This document shows positions 52,016 through 64,000 of a DNA stretch of 64,000 bases, in pieces. The translations under genes were made by a program, and so were the position numbers. The number at the start of each line of letters is the position of its first letter. Position 1 is the first letter of the stretch. The stretch lies in NCBI GenBank assembly GCA_028534125.1, contig CM052816.1, positions 25,112,001-25,176,000 of the forward strand. Reading direction: 5' to 3'. Under the pieces are notes generated by a model. That model saw nothing but the letters and a program-made list of their open reading frames with translations. It did no database searches and had not been told where the DNA came from. This stretch comes from Lama glama (lineage: Eukaryota).

Positions 52016-53994
52016 ACAGTTAAGTACTAGTTAGCTGTTATTAACTAGTAACTATTAAATTAACTATTTCTATCACTTAATATTTTATACATTGTACTAG
52101 AAATTTCTAACATGCCTCAGTTGGGCTAAGAGAAGTCAAAGGAAGGGCTGGCTTTTATTTGAGCCTTAGGGAAGAGCAGACTTCCTCAGGATGAGTAAGG
52201 TGGGAAACCTCAAGGGAAACTTGAAACTCACAGGGAAGGAAGACTTGCTCACATCATCTGGGTATTTCCTGCAGAGATTCTTTTCCTCGTTCACACACTG
52301 GAGAGCCTGAACTGTAGGAAAGGGTTGTTCAGTTATGCTTTCTCTTAAGAATAAGGCAGTACTTCTATGTCAGATATTTTTCTCCAGGTGAAATTTCTAT
52401 TTCAGAAATGAGAATGTACTGTTATTAATAGACCCAGACATCTCCGAGTTGATCTAAGTCCTAGAGCTAGAATTAACTTGAGGATTTTTTTTTTCTATCG
52501 AAGATACTTTGCTTGCAGAAGCATTTCCAAAGCTGCTCTTTTTATATTTGGAAAAGACCAGTGTGAATAAGTAAGTGCTCATCTGAGTTATGCCAAGAAC
52601 TGATCTAGCATTTTAGATTCCCGTGCAAAATAATTTCACAGGCTCTTGAATGTGACATGAGCATGAATACGACAAATCCCTTTATTATTGCTCTTTCTTC
52701 ACTTACTTGACCTGGTTTTTCAAATTGTTTAGGAGAAAAAATGCAAAAACATTCTAGAATACTGTAAGCGTTCTGCACCTCCTTAAGGCCGAGGCCACTT
52801 TAATCATTCTGGAAGCTCTATTTTGCAATAGTTAATATTCAAATATTTATCATTGTCTTGGGTTTGTATTAGAGTAGAAGCATTTTTCCATGAAAAAAAA
52901 TGTGATTTTGGCATTGTTCATTAAACAATCTAAAATACAATCCTGCAGCAGTATTGCACAAGGTCAGTCATTTCTCAGAGGTTCCTAACTTCAGAGTTGA
53001 AAATGAGCCTATTTTTTCCCCACAGACAAATGCTTTTCAGGATTAATCACAGAGAAAATAGTAACAATAGCGACAGACTATCAGAGTGAAAATTGGACCT
53101 GGTCTGTCTTTGGACATTAGGAGGACAGAATGAGTATGCTGAGGCCTTGGTGGTTTGGGGAGAACCAGATGATTGACAGGATACCAAAATAAATTGTAAG
53201 TTAAACTGATACTTTTACCAAGCTTGTGGGAGATGTAACAAGTATAATTTGTGTCTTCATCCTTGGTAGATTAAACCTGTTTTTCTTAAAAAGAGGTCTC
53301 TGTCTGTCACTCTCTCGCTTCCCTCTTGGTTTCTGGCTCTTTCTAATTCCTCTGGCAAACTCAAGTTTGAAGTTAGGTTTGAGTAGGGCCCGAGAAATTT
53401 CTGGCTTCGAGCACATTTGGCTTAGAAAGAATATTCCCTTTCAGCCCTTGGATCACAGAAATCCTGCTGGACAAAAACAAATACCACTGCCGCCTACACA
53501 CTTATGTTCCCCTCTAAGGGGCCTGACTTTCTAGTTCACAAAGGTCAAGAGCAAGCATCATTAAAATGGGCATGCTGGAAAGGGGTCCATTTCCATTTCG
53601 CAGTCATTTATGATTCAATCTAGGAGGATAAGTGCAAGCAGCTTGGCCTTATTTTACCTCCTTTTGTCATGAATCGCACCCCTTAGTAAGTACAAATTTT
53701 ACTTTTACTTAATCACAGCCCATTACAAGTCCATATGGGAGTCTTTCCAATGCTTTGTGCCAGAAATGTTGGTTTAAATGCCTGTGAAGTTCCCCTAGAT
53801 AATCATACTTATATTATGTCATCACACAGTCTGCCAGGGAAGAATGTTTAGAGAACCGAAGTTGGGGGGAGGGTTTGGGGATGGGGGGCTCTCAAGAGCG
53901 TTTCATTGTAAACATAAGTCTCTGTAACAGACTAAATATTGAGGATAACATGGGAACTAACACACATCTTTGCAATAAATTATTTCTGCTTTAC

Positions 53995-54200
53995 CTCTCT
54001 GGCACGTTTTTGGTAACTCTCCCTGTGTCTGTTCGAGTATCAGTTCCCCATATGTTGGAGGTGTCTCCGCGTTTATTAGTCAGAGCGGGTCGGTTGCAGT
54101 GTGCAGTGTGCAGTGTTTACTTTCACAATAGCCTTGTGCACTATATATTTCTTGAAGGGGAACTAGCACAATGCGTCCCATTTGCCTTCAATCACTAGCA
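53995..54200 (-). promoter_or_regulatory. Candidate promoter plus non-coding first exon
   Basis: Local CpG excess; TATA-like ATATATAG at 54148-54141; FOX site GTAAACA; strong donor GAG|GTAAAG at 53995/53994. Confidence 0.4.
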
Positions 54201-54529
54201 GATGCAGAACTGTCAGATCGTTTCACTTTAACTGGCCTGAGGGACTAAAGGAATTCAGAGGAATTCTAAACCAAGTGGTTCCTCTGTGTTGCCTGACTTC
54301 ACTTCTTGAACTTAAGGATAAGACTCCGGGTAACATAATCTGACTCCCTCCTGAAGTACTCATTTCCTTTCCTTTGTTTTTCTTTCGAACGTCAAACTAT
54401 GTGAACTCATTTATCCTTAGACCTTTGTGCTACATGTGAATTGGTCTTGGAAGAAGTACAGCACTGAAAACTAATCTTGAACTTTCTATTCATGCTGCTT
54501 CTGACGTTTTTGAAAACACTCTGCTGCAT

Positions 54530-54655
54530 CACAAAGCAGACAGGTCCTTGGAGTCAAAAGGCCTGGGATCAGCTTCTGGCTCTGCAGTTAGCCTACAGAT
54601 GACTTAAGGCCAGTCAAATCCTCTGGGTCTCTGGTTCCTCATCGATAGACTATGG
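54530..54655 (+). mobile_element. MIR fragment
   Basis: TTGGAGTCAAAAGGCCTGGG..TGGCTCTGC..CTCTGGGTCTCTGGTTCCTCATC. Confidence 0.6.
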
Positions 54656-56234
54656 CTCTCAGACACTGTAACCACGACCTCCCTATCCCTGGTTACCCCC
54701 AACTTCTGCCATGCGAAGTTATCTCAATCGCAAATCTGTATGTATGTGTATAAATGCACACAGACTTCCATACAACCATTAGGTCCCCAAATGGATCTGG
54801 TGGTCCAGAAAGTGGGAGGATTCAAAGGAGAATCTGAAGATGAGGCAGAAATGAATGAAACTGGAGAGGCTTTAGGAATGATGTTGATCATGGAACTTTG
54901 GGAAAATAGGAAAAATAATAAAAGCAAGGAATAGCCTAGGAAAGTCAAAAGGGGATTATAAGAAAAGAATAAAATCCCAAACCTCATCTGTCTCCATTCT
55001 TTTCCCCTAACAAGGAAATTCTAGCGTAGAGATTTTTATTGATTTATCTCTGGTTTGTTCCCTGAGCGCTAAGTCTCAGCCAAGAAAGAAAATTTCCTGC
55101 TGAGAATGGAGACTTCATTTCTTTAAGGCCAGAAGTAACAGGTTAAACACAGAATGTGTTGAGACCTGTAGGACTTAGATCATTTAATGAGTATGTTTTC
55201 CAAAAGCCATTCTACAATGAGGTAAGCATTGAGCTAGAATTACTCTCTGAGTCCCAGAATTATCGCCAAACATGCTTTTGTGATCTAGCATCTTAGTTGT
55301 GGACCAAGACTTGTTATTTTGCCAAACAAATTAGCCCTTCTTTTAAAAGCTCTCCATATTGTTAAAAGAACTATTAATGATATGTTTCCCATTCATTTGC
55401 TCTTACCTTCTTATATGATTGTCTGGTAAATACCATTTGAAGTCCATAAATATTTCAGATGTTTTCATAAGTCCTGGTTCAAAAAATAGGAAATTGTGTC
55501 CTACAGTTTTGGACAATAGTTGTACAATCAGTATCGATTCTGAGTGTAAGTTTATGAAGTTTTTTTTTAAAAGTAGTAATTTGAAATGACCAAAGTGCTA
55601 CATTATTTCTAAGTAATATTATTATGGTAATCCAGGAAACTCTTCCTAAAAAACAGACATTGACTGTTGCAATGAAATAGTTTCTTCATTGTGTTTATTT
55701 CCACTTTGTAAAAAAAAAACAAACCCTCAATTTTAAAAATGCGTTTAGTTTTGAACAGCACTCATGTAGTTTTCTGAATGAAGCTTTCTTTTATTTCTGA
55801 TTCATTGTCCAAGGAAGTTGTCCACAGCACATCAAACACCTAAATTTCAAGGATGTCAGAGTTGCTTCAAAATGCCCCTCCTCATTGTTGTTTAATTTAT
55901 AGCTAATTATATATTACAATGTGGAGAATGTTCAAGTGTTAAAATTAGGACTATGGGTATCCCCATCAGTTTATATGTTCCTGCTGTTTGCTATGTGTGA
56001 ACTCCTGCCTGAGATTGTCATGGGGCTCCTATTTGTCTCACAGTGAGAATGTGTGTGGCAGTCTTGTTTTTCCCCACCAGACACGAAGATTAAAGAGAAA
56101 CAAAACCACTTAATAAAACAGGAAGATTCTATTTTTAGTTTTCTTGCCCTGCCTTTTCTGCACACAGGCAAATTTTTTTCTATGCCAAGATTATTGGGGT
56201 TAATTTTTTTAATGACATATAGCAACTTATTAGA

Positions 56235-56365
56235 ACTATGATCTGTACAGATAAATATTTTACTGAAATAATGTACCCATTATTATGAATTCATACATGT
56301 AAGTTGCTCAGAACAGTGCCTGGCACACAATCAGTCTGCTCTCAAATAATGTGAGCTACTCTTGT
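56235..56365 (+). mobile_element. MIR 3' fragment
   Basis: ATACATGTAAG..CTCAGAACAGTGCCTGGCACA. Confidence 0.6.
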
Positions 56366-56499
56366 AATTTTCCCTACCTCCCCAACCCCTGTTCATTCCC
56401 GAGAGGAAAACAAGTTGGAAATCAAGCTGCTGAACCATAAGGGAAGAGGAAGGAGGGTACGGGTTGCAGAGAATGAGTTTAGTTTCACAGAGCATTCTT

Positions 56500-56730
56500 A
56501 ACAGCTAACATCCTTTGAGCACTTACATGTTCTTTTCATCAATTTTATGGTAGACCTCTCACAGGAGCTCTAGGAAGTAGGTGTTATTGTTATTTTTATT
56601 TTAAAGATGAGGAAACTGAGATTGGGAGAGGTTAAATTGTTCGTGGTTGCAAACTAGTAAGTGAAAGGTCTGGAACCCAGGTCAAAGGTATTAAAAGTTT
56701 ATGCTTTTAGCCACTTTTCTAGTCTGCCTC
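56500..56730 (-). mobile_element. MIR
   Basis: ATTTTAAAGATGAGGAAACTGAG..AGAGGTTAAAT..CTAGTAAGTG. Confidence 0.8.
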
Positions 56731-57594
56731 CTTGTTCTAATCACCAGGCATGCTCTCAGTCCCATAGTTAAATGGTGCTTGGACACAGTAAGCCCAAAAT
56801 GAATTTGTGCTGAATTTATTTGGTCCCTGTAATGTGTGGGGATGTGTATTTATTATTTTGTGAGACACAGTGAGTCGTAACAAGGGTTATGTTTTCTACA
56901 GAGCCAGGATGGGCCTAGGGCCATTACATCATGCTGCCCAATAGGATAGTTTGTTATTAGGGATCTTTGAATGTCAGAGGCCTTATGACTTTTATATCCT
57001 CAGTAAATAAGACAGTGCTTGGCACCAGTAGTATCTTAATAAAATCTTAATAAACATTTGTTCACCCCTTCACTTCAACAGAGTGTTTGCTCCCATGTTC
57101 ATATCCCTGCTTTTTTCTATAGTATTTTCTACTCTTATTCCCCATCTCCTGCTTGGCGTGTCTTTCTCATCATTCTTATCTGTGTAGCTCTTTCCTTTTC
57201 CAAGTTTAAACCCATAACTTTGTTTCCAAGGCCACCCCAATCCCAAACAGCGCTTCCCTGCTCTGAAATTTGAGAGCCCTTATTCTCTACACCACTCATA
57301 TGGCACTTATTTCTGACTGTTGCTGGCAACTTTCCAAATTTTGTAAGCTTTTTTCCCCTCCTCACTAGTTATAAGCTCCTCTAGGGCCAGAACTATTTTA
57401 TATAAATGTGTGTTTAACATAGTCGCCAAATTAGTACTTTTTTACGTAGTGAGTTTTCAGTTTGCTACAAAGACAACTTTATTACCTGCCACATTTCTGT
57501 GCAGAGGAAAAACATTTGCTCCATGTGGCTATTCAGTTAACTCAGGTGCAAAATGAAATTCCCATCTTAAAGAAGAATACTTTCAAAGTTAGGC

Positions 57595-57639
57595 TGTGTG
57601 TGTGTGTGAGTGTGTGTGTGCGCGCACACGCGTGTATGC
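57595..57639. repeat. (TG)n(CG)n alternating purine-pyrimidine tract
   Basis: Seen directly. Confidence 0.9.
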
Positions 57640-58854
57640 AAATATTCTGAGCATATATATTTAGGTTAAGAAAATCTAAAAGTGTAGATTTTTTTAAAAA
57701 GGAGCTTGTAATGAATGTCACATCATCAGGTCAAATTAGTACTTAGTAATTTAGGGAAGGGTGATAACAACCCCTGTGATGTGAAACTTGGGTCTAGAGG
57801 CTAGCATTTCCTATGCCAGCAGTTATAATGGATAGATAACTCACTACTAAATATAGTGAGAATGTTCTAAAAGTGACTTGTTAATCTAAAGGGGAATTTT
57901 GGATTGGGAATGGGTAAGGAATTGGCTCATACGATATTACACACTGCTGGAGAGTTTCTTTTTAAACCCTAAGAGTAGCCTCAAATCACAGTTAGTACAG
58001 AGGACATTAAATTCAAGCAAAGATATATAAATAAGTCATCCTGATTATTGTCCAGCCTCTACACCATTATTCTTTATGTATTATTTTCTAGGGTTGAGGC
58101 CATTTACTTTGATTCATCTCTTCAGTTTTTCTTGAGACCTTGCTCAGAACCAAAACAGAGAGCATGACTCAGAGATGTCAAGTTCATGCATTCTGCTAGT
58201 CACTCTGTAGCAGAGTCTACACCTGATATCTTTTAAAATCATTTCTACTGTTTTATCCTGCATCGTTTTCCCTATTTTTTTGTTTTGTTTTTGTTTTTAT
58301 TTTTTTACTTCTGCTCTTATCACCAGGTCTTCCTGCTGAAAAGCAGTGATATGCTAATCTCCACCTTTAGAGGTAGTTGAAAATTTTATTTGTTTTGGTT
58401 TTGTTTGATTGGGAGACTTTAATTTATAGTGTATCCAAGTCTATAATATAAAAGTGAATTAAGCTTTTTTACATATTGAAAAGCATAATTAATTCAGTAT
58501 AATGATAATTTCTTTAAAGTAAATCAACCAGTTTGAACGTCATTGAAAAACAAATGCTGACTTAGAAGGATCAACAATCAATTCCAGGTTTTAAAACATC
58601 ACATTTTAAAAATACCCCTTGCAATATATCATCATGTACATAAATGTCAATGATTCATCTGCTTCCTCCATTTAAATGAAAAATGATTCCCCACCACTGT
58701 TATCCTCTTACTCCCCCAAACCTCCACCAACACACAAAAAAAGTGAGAGGTATGATTGCTTCATGACTTACGGTTTATGCTGAGAATTTTCCAAAAGGTG
58801 GTATATCTGGCCAGTCTGCCTTCTCCTTGTCCTACACTTTTCCTAGTCACTGTA

Positions 58855-59048
58855 TGATTGACCCTTGACTAACTTGGGGGTTAATCTGCATACAGTTTCC
58901 AGTTGGTCCTCTGTATCCTCAGTCCCTCCACACCTGTAGATTCAACCAACTATATGGACTGTGTAGTACTGTAGTATTTACTATTGAAAAATATCTGCAT
59001 ATGAGTGGACTCATGCAGTTCAAACCTGCATTATTCAAGGGTCAACTG
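58855..59048 (+). mobile_element. Tigger MITE (MER8-like)
   Basis: TIRs TTGACCCTTGA and TCAAGGGTCAACTG with flanking TA. Confidence 0.85.
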
Positions 59049-59170
59049 TACTTCATGTTGCTTTGGGGCTGTAAAACTGCTCAGATTTTAATTTTAAGTA
59101 GGATAGGGTGTATCTCTTTTGCTTTCCAAAGTGTTTATTTCTTAGAGGACTTCTGGGACCTTTGTACTTC

Positions 59171-59733
59171 TATTGGGGAGGAAGACATTTTTCTCTACAT
59201 TTCTAGGTTGTTCTGGCTAGTCTAAGAATTAAATTGATATTAAGCAATTAACAGAAGAAAATCAAACCAAAGTTTAATAACATGTATGCATGGAAGAGAC
59301 CCAGGAAAACTGAGTAACCTGCCAAAATGGCCAAAGCCCTCATATTAAATGCCATCTTCAGCTAAAGATAAAAAAGAATGTTGGGGGTAGTGACTTGGGA
59401 CTTGTGGTTTGGGGCAGGCAATTGGCATGGAAATGGAAAAGCAAATGTTTGATAAATAAATGTTTGCTGGGCCAGGCAGAGACAATAGAACACACAATGA
59501 ACTCTGATTTCTAGGTCTTGCCTAGAGTTTCCCCCACCACATCTAGCACATGTTTTCTGCAGATACCTCTGGGGTTAGCTCTATTCTAAGAACAGGCCCT
59601 CTTTCTAAATTCTTCAGGTAGTAAACTGGAAGGTTGAAGTTTCTTCCTGAGTCTTTTGGGTCTTGATTGTTTTCAGCCTGAAATAGTCAGCATGCCAGAG
59701 AGACATTTTGTGGTGGCGTTTTGTTCCCCTGCC
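59171..59733 (-). mobile_element. ERV1-class solo LTR, same family as 25346-25908
   Basis: Reverse complement shares blocks such as CCCAAAAGACTCAGGAAGAAACTT, ATCTTTAGCTG.AGATGG and GTTACTCAGTTTTCCTG with the 25.3-kb LTR. Confidence 0.8.
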
Positions 59734-61090
59734 CTCAAAGATCTTAGAACCAGTAAAGTACGTTCATATTGCCATTCCTCAACAGCAAAATGGCTGTGTG
59801 TTATGCATTTAGAAAACACCAGAAACACATGGGTCTTTCAGATCTACTTTCCTTCTTCATAAATCTAGTACCATTTGGAAGGGAAATGAGAAGAAAGGTT
59901 AGAGAGAGTCAAATTTATCTTTTACTAAAAGCATACAAGGATTAATAAAGAGTACCTTCAAGTTAGCTTTCTCCTGTTTTCTCTCTATAAATTCCCCCCA
60001 TATTATAGTTATAATGAAACATTACAAAGCTATCACATTACACATTCAGAGAGAAGTTATTATTCCTCTCTGAACTGTGAAACTTCAGGGAAATTTACAT
60101 TTCCTAAACATGAGAATCTTCCCTACATTTTTCAGCTGTAGAAGAATCAACAGTGAGAGTCACACACACACACACAAAAGATATCTGAAGTCTTTGTCAG
60201 ACTGGTGAATCATTTCTCAGTAGAAAGTACAGTTGTGGCCTATGGACTTGACTAAGACAAGACAAATAATACAAAAAGACCTATCTGTTGTGACTGAATC
60301 AAGAACCAGAACCTGTAAGAGTTAACTACTGCTCCCCTCTTCCTTCAGACTGCATTCCTCTGATCTGGACCACAGCCTTGTTCAACATAGCTTGTGACTT
60401 TTGCTTTGCCAGTGTCTGCCGAGGTATATCAGTTTTGGACAGAAATCGAGATTTCATAAAGCTAAAGGGAGATCTGGGAGATCTGAATCCTAAAGTGACA
60501 AGGTCTTCCTGGGAGATGTTAATGGTCAACACATTCCGAAACCTCATGGGGAGGGAATTGGATCCTTTGTCAGGGTGTATCCCTGTCTCCAACATAGCGA
60601 CAGCTTGAATGCTCGACATATATACAGAGAGTTTCAAACCTTTTCTTTCCCTTTTGTCCAGTGGGAGTTTTTTCAATGAACTGGCAAAAGAAAGCCATAT
60701 GATTTTAGTACTATATGGGGAAAATCCTTTGTGGTTGCTTGGTGCTGAATTATACTCCCCAAACTTGTTGTATATACCACTGTGTGTGGAAGGGGGTGTA
60801 TTTTACTCCCCCAGATTGGAGAGTACAGCATGCTGGGGGAGTAGATTTTGGGTTTGAGACTTAAGTAACTGTGCCCTATTTTTTTGTTTAATATAAGGCA
60901 AATAAGCCTACTGCTGGATTATTTTTAAAAAGAAAAGAAACCTCAACTGTATCACATCAAAAAATATACCCACAATAGCCCAGCTAAAATCTGACAGTGT
61001 GGAGTGCATTAAGCTACTGGGAAGCTTTGTCTTGTGGCTGCAAGAGCATATTCTTGATACAGAGGGGCAAGGTTTGCACTGGAAACTCAC

Positions 61091-61450
61091 ACCCCACACC
61101 ACATCACAGCTGCCCCAGGTTTCCTCTCATCTTTTCACTCTGTTCTCCTTGACTCAGAAATGAAAGGAAGAAACAAGAAAACCTGTCCCCGAAGGCTGGT
61201 GTGAGGCGGGAGGGGGGAGGGGAGGTTGAAGGGGAGGAAAGAGGTTACAGCGCTGTCAGTCAGCACCAGAAAATGCCATTTATGTGGATCCAGTGTGCAC
61301 TAAGGAAGCAGAAATAAAGCGCTCTGATGTGGTGCCGCCCCCTCCCCCGCTGCACTCTTGCTCATTACAGCTCTTTCTTTAAACTGCTGGGTAGACAGCT
61401 GGCAGCCAGTGCCTCAGAGGAGGCTGGAGTAAGGGAGCATATAAATTACT
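61091..61450 (-). promoter_or_regulatory. Candidate promoter or enhancer with a possible first exon
   Basis: GC boxes (61203-61222, 61335-61350), PBX-MEIS/PREP decamer TGACTGACAG (61262-61253), donor GT|GTGAGT at 61091/61090. Confidence 0.45.
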
Positions 61451-63274
61451 GTTGCATTTTACGGCTTAGATAAACTCAAACTGCAGGGTTATAGCCTGAA
61501 ATGACATGAAGGGAAGGCTCCAGCAGGCCTCTCAAAAGAACAAGGAATAGAAAACGGATAGAAAGTGTTATTCAGGGAATATGGGATCATGGTGAAGGAA
61601 AAAAAAATCTAAACAAGTTGTGTAAAATCTGCTGCTTTAGTGGGTCTTAAAGAGCTTATGTCAGCTTAATTCTGTGTGGTAGTGTAATGTAAATCTGTGG
61701 GAAATGGGGCTTTAGGCATCTATGCTCGATTCCATTTCTGCAGATTGCCAAGCATGGCAATAAATGTCAAGTGATTATTTATTTGATCATTAGAAACTTC
61801 ATTTGATTTTGATTTGATGCTCTTCAACCTCCCCATCCCCCCCCACCACCACCAAAAAGAAAGCTCAGTTTTGAAATTCAATCCAGCCAGTTTGATTGGG
61901 GAAAAAAAATGTTATGAAATAACATCTAGTAAATGCCAGCATCTAGATGACAACATTCTGCATAAATAGAGAATCTCCTCTCCTGGGAGTTTACAGCACT
62001 TTGCTAATGCGATGAAAGATACATTTTGGCTGCAGTTGGTACAATTTTTGGAAGCCTTTTTGGTATTTTGTTAGACGGAAGGCTGTTTTTGAGGTGAGAT
62101 CAAGCCCCTCTGACTACAGACAGAGTCTGATTGTATGTTCTTGGCTTAACAGTCTGAGTTTATAATGTATTTAAACTTTCACTCAGCTTTCTTAGATGTG
62201 ATTTATTTGCAGATTATATTACCTGGGAAAAAGAGTTCATGGACCTGAGTTGTCCTGGGTAGTTTGGGACTCGGCTGGTTGGTGCCTGAATGTTTGTTCC
62301 ACCCCTGCTTTAGCGTAGAACCTGAGCCTTATTATCTTCATAAAACAGCATCTTTTTAACTGCAGTCAGCAGTGTCAGATAGACTGTTTACAGCTGACTT
62401 TTTCATTGCAGTTTCAGTTTCCCCTATGCTTTTCATTCTACAGTTTTCCTGAGAATCATACATAGTATGGGAAACAAAGACAGGATGAGAGAGACTACTG
62501 CAATGGCTCGCTTCCTCACAAAACAGTCCTCGCAAGTCAAAAGACCCACCCCATAGGAATCAGACTGACTTTCATAAAACCAGGGATTTGAGCACAGTGT
62601 GGGGCATGTATTATTGCCACAGAGCACAAGCCACATAGAACCATAAAGAGACAGGCTTTATCTCTCTGCCTGAAACCCTCTTGGAACCTTCTGGGAGTGC
62701 ACATTTTAAATCAAGAATCAAAACATTTTCCCAGCACAACTGCAAATTGAAAATAGGCACTTGAACAACACAGGCAGAGATGTAGAAGAAGAATGACTTT
62801 GAAATGCCTACAACCCACCCCAAGCCACCCCAGGTCTGTCTGTAGACAGGAGCAGTATTCATCCCTGGTAAAGGGTATGTAGCACTTGGTAGAAACAAAT
62901 GACAGCTGACAAAAAGATCCATTAGATGCCTGAACTTGCCCCTTGCCAGCACAAAGTATTTTTCTTTTCTTTTTTTTCCGTCATAAAGAAAGGGCAGGTA
63001 TTTTTATTTCAAGAAGCAGTCTATAGCCATAGGGTTTTTTTTTTTTCCTGTAGCACTTCCTAGTACATTGCAGTTGAAACGAGCACCTAAATGACGAATT
63101 TCTTTCATTAGTCTAAGTGGTGTGAGACATTGAGGGAAACAAGCTTAAGGATATATTATTGTTCTGCGTGTTTAAAAACAAGAATAACAACAACTTGGAG
63201 GTCAAGAAGTCCATCCTCTTTTTGTGAGAGAAGTTTCTATCACAAAGACAAAGAGAACAAAATTTTTATTGCTG

Positions 63275-63990
63275 CATATTGGTCAGTGACATTTATTGAG
63301 TGTTTTCCTAATGACAATCTCTGCACTGCGCTGGCATGATGAAAAAGCATCAGCCTTCAAGGGTCTGGGTCCAGTTAGGAAAACAGACCCTCCAGGCAAG
63401 GAAGGTGAATCCTTCCTGAATGAAGTCTTTGCTAAAGAAAGAGAGATGAAAGTTAAAGGAAGTGTGTGAGGCCCAAAGCCTTCCCCAGCAGAGAATGAGA
63501 AGTTGGAAGAATGGCTTCTTTATGCAGAGAAGTTTGGGAGGAGCTGAAAGACAGTTAGGAGAGAAAAGGAGAGAGGGAATAGAATGTGCTGAGGCTCAGA
63601 GAAGGGGCATGTTCTGGGTGAGAAACAGAGAATGGCCTACTTTCAGTCAGTCATAGAGTCTGTGAGAGAGGACTGATACCAGCTGTGAGAAAGGCGGGAG
63701 TTTGGGCAGAAGACCTCCATCACCAAGTTGAGCTGTATCAATTTGATAACACTAGGCAACAGGAAGCAGTTATGATTTGCATGCAAGAGCGGCGTGTCTG
63801 GAAAGAGCGGGCGGCAGAGACTGAATCTCTGAGCCAGGCTTTTTAGAACACGGATTAGCTGCCGTAGCTATGCATTTTATTCTAGGTGGTTTGTTGATGA
63901 ACAGGTCATGACTCCTACATTCAATCTTGTGGAGGTGAGAGATATGGACTTAACTAACACAAGGAGGTGACAGAGGACAGACAAAAGAGC
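63275..63990 (-). mobile_element. L2 remnant
   Basis: ACATTTATTGAGTG..TGTGCTGAGGCTCAGAG..TAGGCAACAGGAAGC..GAGGTGAGAGAT, typical antisense L2. Confidence 0.6.
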
Positions 63991-64000
63991 AGAGGGAGGG

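Noticed and set aside
54724..54987. Acidic-looking ORF (GESEDEAEMNE)
   Set aside because: Purine-rich low-complexity sequence with no splice or homology support.
1..64000. CRISPR arrays, operons, prokaryotic defence systems, rRNA genes
   Set aside because: This is mammalian non-coding DNA; I saw no regularly spaced repeat-spacer array, gene-dense ORFs or rRNA similarity.

Overview
AT-rich, CpG-depleted mammalian genomic DNA, most likely from a camelid (camel/alpaca/llama) because it contains a tRNA-Ala-derived Vic-1-type SINE at 50.6 kb. It looks like a large intron or gene desert. I can support no protein-coding exon; the ORF track consists of L1/ERVL remnants and chance ORFs. Much of the window is transposable-element debris: L1s of several ages, L2, MIR, MaLR/ERVL/ERV1 LTRs, two decayed ERVL internal regions, and hAT and Tigger MITEs, several nested with readable target-site duplications (TSDs). 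Repeat family names come from my memory of consensus sequences and need RepeatMasker/Dfam confirmation. The most interesting items are: (1) a ~190-bp polyadenylated insert with no recognisable repeat identity and a perfect 15-bp TSD (27.9 kb), probably a truncated mRNA retrocopy or orphan transduction; (2) a multiply deleted mini-L1 (22.5-23.9 kb); (3) a very old L2/CR1/Crack-clade RT fossil (11.4-11.7 kb); (4) two candidate minus-strand promoter/non-coding first-exon modules (54.0 and 61.2 kb) and several enhancer-like repeat-free blocks. I found no convincing evidence of a novel multi-gene biological system.
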